Below, piece by piece: positions 58,502 to 64,000 of a DNA stretch of 64,000 bases. Origin of the DNA: a virus; IMG/VR virus record IMGVR_UViG_3300045988_107970, positions 1 through 64,000 of that record; one strand, 5' to 3'. The notes under the pieces were generated by a model. The model did not search any database and was not told the DNA's origin. It saw only the letters and a list, made by a program, of their open reading frames with translations. A program made the position numbers and the translations under genes. How positions within the stretch are numbered: position 1 is the first letter of the stretch; every line of letters begins with the position of its first letter.

Positions 58502-59478
58502 CAAAATTAAAAGAATCCAATACAGGCTACAAATCAAAACGGTTAAAATTCACGGGAAACCTAAACAATTAATATTGCATGGCAACCGTGAGCCAAGCTT
58601 GTTTACAATAGACTGTCCAATGATAAATCGAAGGGAGGTAATATGTATAAGATTAATGATGTTAAGACTTGTGAAGACCATAACATAGGAACTGTTTATA
58701 TGAATGACAAGCCATATTATGTATGCAACGTTTGTGGGAAAATGTCTTTCCAAAAGGTATCGTCTAATAAGAAAGTATGGTGTACAAAACATTATAAGCA
58801 GTTTAAAAAATATGGACATGTATTAGAAAATAACCCAAGAACAATTTCTGATAGAAACGAGATAAGGGTTGACGGAGACATTGCATATATAGATTTATAT
58901 GATAAGAATTGCAATGTTGTAGCAACTGCTATGGTTGATGCGGAAGATGTTCCAAAGGTAAAAGACATTAAGTGGAAACTTTCTGGCTCTGGTTACGCAA
59001 TGAACACACCAAAGTTTAAAGGTGGAAACATTCATATGTCGAGAGTTATTCTTGACACCGACCAGTTTGTAGACCATATTAATCACAATACGTTAGACAA
59101 TAGGAAGTGCAATCTTAGAGTAGTAACAAAGCCTCAGAATCAAATGAATGCAAACTATAAGGGTGTTGCAAAAACCAAAAATGGGAAATTTTACGCACAC
59201 ATTAAACTAAATGGGAAACTATTTAATCTTGGTGAGTATGTGTTTGAAGAAGAAGCTTTGTTCGCAAGATGGTATGCGGAAACTTTACTATTCAAAGAGC
59301 ATCGTTATCCGAAAGAAAAACCTGTAATTCTATTGGACAGGGAATTGCAGATTAAAGAATATGTAAACAAGAAGGTGCAGAGACTATAATAATCGGCGTT
59401 GCTCAACCAAAATAATGGAGAGAACGTAAGGCATAGTCCACACCCCTAATAAATATCGGGAAACCGAGGGTACTATGG
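58502..59478 (+). mobile_element. group I intron in nrdD carrying an HNH-AP2 ORF
   Basis: 5' exon ends in U (GGT) and the intron ends in G. P4 pairing CACGG 58551-58555 / CCGTG 58586-58590. R-like AATAGACTGTCC (58607-58618) and S-like AAGGCATAGTCC (59428-59439) form P7 GACT/AGTC. Confidence 0.8.
58643..59389 (+). CDS. intron-encoded HNH homing endonuclease with AP2 domain
   Basis: VDHINHNTLDNRKCNLR; YKGVAKTKNGKFYAHIKLNGKLFNLGEYVFEEEALFARWY; GGGAGG RBS. Confidence 0.8.
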   Translation: MYKINDVKTCEDHNIGTVYMNDKPYYVCNVCGKMSFQKVSSNKKVWCTKHYKQFKKYGHVLENNPRTISDRNEIRVDGDIAYIDLYDKNCNVVATAMVDAEDVPKVKDIKWKLSGSGYAMNTPKFKGGNIHMSRVILDTDQFVDHINHNTLDNRKCNLRVVTKPQNQMNANYKGVAKTKNGKFYAHIKLNGKLFNLGEYVFEEEALFARWYAETLLFKEHRYPKEKPVILLDRELQIKEYVNKKVQRL

Positions 59479-59574
59479 TACATTGGAAGTAACTTCTGGA
59501 ATGCTGGACGTACTCAGGAGATTAAAGAGCGCGTCCTTCATGTAGACGATATGCCAGCGGAAGATGGTGATTAA
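59479..59574 (+). CDS. nrdD: anaerobic ribonucleotide reductase, exon 2 (glycyl-radical C-terminus)
   Basis: Own translation YIGSNFWNAGRTQEIKERVLHVDDMPAEDGD*. Joined to exon 1 it restores RRTCG-YIG. Confidence 0.8.
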   Translation, partial: YIGSNFWNAGRTQEIKERVLHVDDMPAEDGD

Positions 59575-60133
59575 AATTAGGTATGCATTAATTCGCAAGA
59601 TGGATATTTCGAATGGCAGCGGCATCGGCGTTTCTCTTTTTGTACAAGGGTGCCGCGCCCATTGTAAAAACTGTTTTAACAGTGAAACATGGGGATTTAC
59701 TGGTGGCAAAGAATGGACTAAGCAGACTAAAGAAGAGTTTCTTAAGCTTGTTGCGCAGCCGTTTGTTGCCAGAGTAACCATCCTTGGTGGAGAGCCGCTT
59801 GAGCCTGAAAATGTATACGATGTTCTTTCTCTCATCAAAGACATTAAAGCCAAGTTTCCAGACAAGAAAATCTGGCTGTATACTGGATTTACATGGGAAC
59901 AAATCTTTAAGCCAGCTATGTTAAATGATTTAAACCCATTAGACTTCTTTAAGACTGTTAAAGTTAAGACAGCTCGAAAGAACATTGTTTCTATGTGCGA
60001 TGTTGTTGTCGATGGTAGATACGTTGACGAGCTTAACGACATATCTTTAAAGTGGTGTGGAAGTTCAAATCAGCGTGTAATAAATGTTCAAAAAACTATA
60101 GCAACAAATAAGATTGTATTGTATAATAATTAA
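59564..60133 (+). CDS. nrdG: anaerobic ribonucleotide reductase activating protein (radical SAM)
   Basis: GCRAHCKNCFN cluster motif; ATG overlaps the nrdD exon 2 stop. Confidence 0.85.
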   Translation: MVIKIRYALIRKMDISNGSGIGVSLFVQGCRAHCKNCFNSETWGFTGGKEWTKQTKEEFLKLVAQPFVARVTILGGEPLEPENVYDVLSLIKDIKAKFPDKKIWLYTGFTWEQIFKPAMLNDLNPLDFFKTVKVKTARKNIVSMCDVVVDGRYVDELNDISLKWCGSSNQRVINVQKTIATNKIVLYNN

Positions 60134-60143
60134 CGTTATATGC
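60131..60143 (+). promoter_or_regulatory. middle-region promoter-like motif
   Basis: TAACGTTATATGC. Confidence 0.5.
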
Positions 60144-60166
60144 GATAACAAAGAAAGGTGATTTAT

Positions 60167-60706
60167 ATGCAGCGCATGGCAAATTTTTCTAAGGTGTCTT
60201 TCAACAGATTTCATGATGATTGGCTTGACACTTTTGATGCTCTAAAGGACGAGACTGATAACGACAAGCTTGAGAAGCATCTTCGCAATATCTACAATGG
60301 TATTAAGCTTCCTAAGCGTGCCACAGCTCAGAGCGCAGGTTATGATTTCTTTTCTCCTATGAGCTTTGTTCTTGAGCCTAACGACTCCATTAAGATTCCG
60401 ACTGGTATTCGCTGTGAGATGTATGACGGCTGGGTTCTGATGGGATTCCCTCGTAGCGGACTTGGTTTCAAATACGGTTTGTCAATGGCAAACACTGTAT
60501 CTATTATTGATGGCGATTACTTTGACTCTGATAATGAAGGCAATATTTTTGTAAAGTTGACAAATAACAGTTGTCTAGCCAAGGAGATTCGCATCAACAA
60601 GGGCGATGCTTTCTGTCAGGGCATTTTCCTTCCCTTTGGTATCACACTAGACGATAACACCACGGCTGTGCGCAATGGTGGTCTGGGGTCAACTGATGCA
60701 AAGTAA
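60167..60706 (+). CDS. dut: dUTP pyrophosphatase (trimeric dUTPase)
   Basis: Motifs SAGYDFFSP, FPRSGLG, IIDGDYFDS, GGLGSTD. Confidence 0.85.
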   Translation: MQRMANFSKVSFNRFHDDWLDTFDALKDETDNDKLEKHLRNIYNGIKLPKRATAQSAGYDFFSPMSFVLEPNDSIKIPTGIRCEMYDGWVLMGFPRSGLGFKYGLSMANTVSIIDGDYFDSDNEGNIFVKLTNNSCLAKEIRINKGDAFCQGIFLPFGITLDDNTTAVRNGGLGSTDAK

Positions 60707-61208
60707 GTATACATGTGATGTATGCAAGCATTATCTTGGTTGGAATGACTGGGCGATTCCTTGTGAAGTCAAGTATGATGATATTGATAAAGACTTAAAC
60801 GCATGTGAATGCTTTCGCCCAATTGGAAAGGCGCGTTGTATGTTTCGCAAAGCACCTATTAATAAAAATGGATTGAATGCAAATATAAAAGCGCATATTC
60901 TCTCCGATGATGAAATGAATAGACTCGGGTTTTATGATTTAGGTGCTTCATCATGGTATCTATGCAAGCATGTACATAAATATCCGACAATAACATTCAA
61001 TGTCACAATTCCAAAAGATAAGCCAGAAGATTTAAAAATTGACGTATTGGACGAAGAGTTTCTTCAGCCATATGATTATCAGAGTATGCTTGAGCGTAAT
61101 CCAAAGTTTGCACCAGCTCTTGAGGTTAAAGAATCTGTGGATATGTTTATGATGTATCTTATTGGCAACGGTGTATTAAGCGGATGGTCTATCGGTGATT
61201 ATCTGTAG
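60696..61208 (+). CDS. hypothetical Cys-rich protein (170 aa)
   Basis: ATG 60696 in ORF 60675..61208, overlapping the dut stop. Confidence 0.6.
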   Translation: MQSKYTCDVCKHYLGWNDWAIPCEVKYDDIDKDLNACECFRPIGKARCMFRKAPINKNGLNANIKAHILSDDEMNRLGFYDLGASSWYLCKHVHKYPTITFNVTIPKDKPEDLKIDVLDEEFLQPYDYQSMLERNPKFAPALEVKESVDMFMMYLIGNGVLSGWSIGDYL

Positions 61209-61221
61209 GGGGGGTGGTTTA

Positions 61222-61881
61222 ATGAGTGGTTATTTAGTTAATCATTATAAATCTGTATATCGTATTTTACCTGTTATCAATAATGCAACAAATGATTTCT
61301 GTCGTGATTGCAATGGTAAGATTGACGAAGATAATGTGTATATTCCATGCTATTACAATTCAAGAATTTGGCATTATGGCAGGTCTAAGCTTATTGCTTA
61401 TATTCCATCTGTTCAACGTGGTCATAACGTAGTTAAAGCCCTCAAGAAAAATGGCGTAAATGTTTTTGACTGTGATGAATCAGATGGAGAGGTAGTATTT
61501 AAGTTTAACGCTTCTGATATGGATCAAGTTGCTTCTTTAATGAAGCCTAAGACTAGTGGTGCGAAAACTAGCCCATTCTCGTCAAAGAACCTACCAAAAG
61601 CGCAGGTAGATATACCCGAAAATGAGCTTGCTCGTTATAAAAGTCTAGTTTCAAAGCTTGACAATTATATTGTTATTAAAAAGTTCAATGATAGATTTCT
61701 TGACGAAGTTCTAGCAAAGAAGCTAAGACCAAAAGGAAAACGTAAGCCGTTTGACTACAAGCAAGATATGAAAACTCTATGTCTTACACGTGATGTTAAA
61801 GGCTATATTTATAAGCGCGGTCTTTGGGAAGACTATCTAAAATTTTTAGAGATTGCCATTGATACCTATCTAAACAAATAA
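61222..61881 (+). CDS. hypothetical protein (219 aa)
   Basis: ATG 61222 in ORF 61195..61881. Confidence 0.6.
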   Translation: MSGYLVNHYKSVYRILPVINNATNDFCRDCNGKIDEDNVYIPCYYNSRIWHYGRSKLIAYIPSVQRGHNVVKALKKNGVNVFDCDESDGEVVFKFNASDMDQVASLMKPKTSGAKTSPFSSKNLPKAQVDIPENELARYKSLVSKLDNYIVIKKFNDRFLDEVLAKKLRPKGKRKPFDYKQDMKTLCLTRDVKGYIYKRGLWEDYLKFLEIAIDTYLNK

Positions 61882-61961
61882 ATATATATGCTATAATAGT
61901 GCCAAAAGATATACAAAAATGTTAGTCTTTTGGCACTTCATATAAAATTCTAGGAGGATAT

Positions 61962-62504
61962 ATGAACGACTTTTCTGTTGAAATTCTTAAGCATCCAACA
62001 GATGAGGATTGGATGCTGGTAAAAACGTGTACCCTAGTTACTGTCGATAAGAAGAGCACAAAGCCGCCTACAATGGAATGGAAGAAGAAGTTGCTTGCTG
62101 CCCAGCATAGCCCAATTCGCACGCTAGAGTTTTGTTTTAGGCTGAATAACATTCCTTCGTGGGTAGCAACACATTTAGTACGCCATATTCATGCAACACC
62201 ATTTGTAAAGACGCAGCGCAATGACCGTCAAGATAATTACGATCGTAATGCCGCACGTCAAGATGCGCCAGTTTCGATGTGCTGGTATATGAACGCAGAA
62301 GAGCTTATGACAATTGCACATAAGCGTCTATGTACACAGGCTTCTCCTGAGACACGTCAAGTAGTACAGGCTATTTGCGATGAGGTTGTTAAGGTTAATC
62401 CAGAGTTTGAAGGACTACTAGTGCCTAACTGCTATTATCGTGGCGGTATTTGCACCGAGTTCAATCCATGTGGACTGAATAAGACATATAAGGAGCGTGT
62501 ATAG
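61962..62504 (+). CDS. ThyX-like (flavin-dependent thymidylate synthase fold) protein, divergent signature
   Basis: SWVATHLVRHIHATPFVKTQRNDRQ sits where the ThyX signature RHRxxSxxxxSQRY is expected; short at 180 aa. Confidence 0.5.
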   Translation: MNDFSVEILKHPTDEDWMLVKTCTLVTVDKKSTKPPTMEWKKKLLAAQHSPIRTLEFCFRLNNIPSWVATHLVRHIHATPFVKTQRNDRQDNYDRNAARQDAPVSMCWYMNAEELMTIAHKRLCTQASPETRQVVQAICDEVVKVNPEFEGLLVPNCYYRGGICTEFNPCGLNKTYKERV

Positions 62505-62505
62505 C

Positions 62506-62904
62506 ATGGCGGTAATTAGTTATAACGAGAGCAAGAGCGGCAACAACTCTCTTATTGTTCATGGTAATGAGGAGGAGCTTAAGGAGGTTGCTAAGTTTGT
62601 AAACAGTATGTATGACAACGTAGACAATCTTAGCATTGATAAAGATATGGTAAATCACCCGTCTCACTACGAGCGTGGCATTGAATGCATTGACGAGATG
62701 ATTCTTCTATTTGGCGTTATGGAAACGATGTCCTTCTGTAAGCTCAACTCACATAAATATCGCAAGCGTGCGCTTGACAAGGGCGGCAGAGAAGACATTG
62801 ATAAGTCGGATTGGTATATGAAAGAGTATGCTTATCTTGATTCGAAATCAGACTTTGAAGTAAAAGAGGAAATTTACAAAAAGTATAATCTAAATAACAA
62901 CTAA
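62506..62904 (+). CDS. DUF3310-family phage protein
   Basis: VNHPSHYERGIECIDEM...FCKLNSHKYRKRALDKGGREDIDKSDWYMKEY. Confidence 0.65.
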   Translation: MAVISYNESKSGNNSLIVHGNEEELKEVAKFVNSMYDNVDNLSIDKDMVNHPSHYERGIECIDEMILLFGVMETMSFCKLNSHKYRKRALDKGGREDIDKSDWYMKEYAYLDSKSDFEVKEEIYKKYNLNNN

Positions 62905-62917
62905 ATATATATGTTAT

Positions 62918-62942
62918 GGGGCTTGTTATAGCCCCATTTTTG
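62918..62942 (+). terminator. intrinsic terminator
   Basis: GGGGCT/AGCCCC stem, T5. Confidence 0.8.
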
Positions 62943-63037
62943 TGCAAATATTCTTTATAGAACTTATCTTTTGTAATTTACGTAAAACAAAGATACAATA
63001 TTGTTGTAAAAATATATTATAAAGGTGTGTTAACATC

Positions 63038-64000
63038 ATGGGAAAAGACCTTAAAGGCAAAGACTTGGGGCGCGGATACAGTCAACGAAAAGATAAACGT
63101 TTTGAAGCGCGGTGTATGATTAACGGTACAAAAATTTGCTTATACGATATGCATCTACCAACATTAAAGAAACGTTTTGAAGAAGAAAAAATTAAGATTC
63201 TAAGAGACGAAAAGAATATTAGACCAAACCTTACACTGTCTGAATGGTTTGAAGAGTGGTTTGAAAAATACAAAAAGCCAGCATTGAAGTCGGAAGTGTC
63301 TAAAAAGGCATATCATAGAAAAGTATCCAACACATACATTGCTGCAATGGGAGATAAAAAGATAGAGAATATATCTCATATGAATATGCAAGATACAACA
63401 AACGAATTACTTAGTAAATTCAAAGCAAGAACGCTGAGAGAAGCACTTGGCGTACTCAGAGAGTGTTTGGATATAGCGGTTATGAATCAAATCATTAAGT
63501 CTAACCCGTGTATTAATATAGCAATAAAAGACGAGAATGAAGCTGTTCAAGAACGTAGGGTTTTGAGTTCTCGTGAAATGAAAATGTTTTTAGATGAAAT
63601 AGAACATGAGTATTACAATGAAGCTTACCAAATCTTATTACTTACTGGCATGAGAATCGGTGAATTCAGCGGCCTTCAATGGCAGGATATAAACTGGCAA
63701 AACAAAACAATCAGAATACAAAGAAGTCTGAGCATTGGCTATGTTGACGGCAAGAAAATGGAATATCTCACAACGCCAAAGACGAGCAATAGCTACAGAA
63801 CTATTCCGTTCTTCGGGAACGTAGGAGAACTATTTAAAGATTGGAAGGTAAAACAAGACCAATACAAAGCAAAGCTTGGAAGTAGATGGAGATTGCGACC
63901 AGAGTTAGGCGATTTAGTCTTTACGACAACACTTGGTTCGCCAGTAACAAGATATGCATTGTCCCATAACATTGAAAAGGTATTGAAGAACATCAACGAA
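63038..64000 (+). CDS. tyrosine-type site-specific integrase (3' end beyond the window)
   Basis: Own translation, open to the window end: MGKDLKGKDLGRGYSQRKDKRFEARCMINGTK... (Arm-type N-terminus), LLLTGMRIGEFSGLQWQDI (Arg I), TPKTSNSYRTIPF. Confidence 0.8.
   Translation, partial: MGKDLKGKDLGRGYSQRKDKRFEARCMINGTKICLYDMHLPTLKKRFEEEKIKILRDEKNIRPNLTLSEWFEEWFEKYKKPALKSEVSKKAYHRKVSNTYIAAMGDKKIENISHMNMQDTTNELLSKFKARTLREALGVLRECLDIAVMNQIIKSNPCINIAIKDENEAVQERRVLSSREMKMFLDEIEHEYYNEAYQILLLTGMRIGEFSGLQWQDINWQNKTIRIQRSLSIGYVDGKKMEYLTTPKTSNSYRTIPFFGNVGELFKDWKVKQDQYKAKLGSRWRLRPELGDLVFTTTLGSPVTRYALSHNIEKVLKNINE

Overview
All credible genes are on the + strand. The content fits the early, nucleotide-metabolism and replication part of a large low-GC tailed dsDNA phage or prophage of a Firmicutes-type host. 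No structural or lysis genes, rRNA or CRISPR are present.

Layout:
1. 1-540: non-coding, repeat-rich left end.
2. About 0.5-16.5 kb: small, often acidic 'early' ORFs, many with their own promoter-like motif and intrinsic terminator, and visibly GC-richer than the rest. This block is interrupted by a 1.85-kb strand-specific array of about 36 GGAAAA-core repeats (2034-3870).
3. 16.6-20.5 kb: island with two ribbon-helix-helix (RHH) paralogs and a tyrosine recombinase.
4. 20475-22507: a 2-kb ORF-free locus. It has two tandem consensus sigma70 promoters, about 1.2 kb of GC-rich, hairpin-dense sequence (candidate giant structured ncRNA), then a tRNA cluster of six tRNA or tRNA-like genes in all (the sixth, tRNA-Ser, lies just past the locus at 22956-23038). 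Only two of the six are fully canonical.
5. 23-33.5 kb: SPFH protein, dCMP deaminase, sigma-like factor, cysteine desulfurase, RNA ligase plus kinase/HD RNA-repair pair, radical SAM protein, deoxyribosyltransferase-like protein.
6. 33.6-64 kb: replication and nucleotide module. It contains an SSB-like protein, an AAA_24 ATPase, DnaB, primase, a PD-(D/E)XK exonuclease, a C5 methyltransferase, Pol III alpha, a RecD-like helicase, NrdD/NrdG, dUTPase, a ThyX-like protein, and a 3'-truncated integrase.

The region is heavily colonised by selfish elements:
- a group I intron with an HNH-AP2 ORF, splitting nrdD inside the glycyl-radical motif;
- a LAGLIDADG intein in front of the catalytic Cys of the methyltransferase;
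- two further HNH-AP2 genes;
- a free-standing LAGLIDADG gene;
- a PD-(D/E)XK endonuclease in the tRNA cluster.

Function calls come from motif recognition by eye, with no searches run. Start codons are often uncertain; stop codons are reliable.
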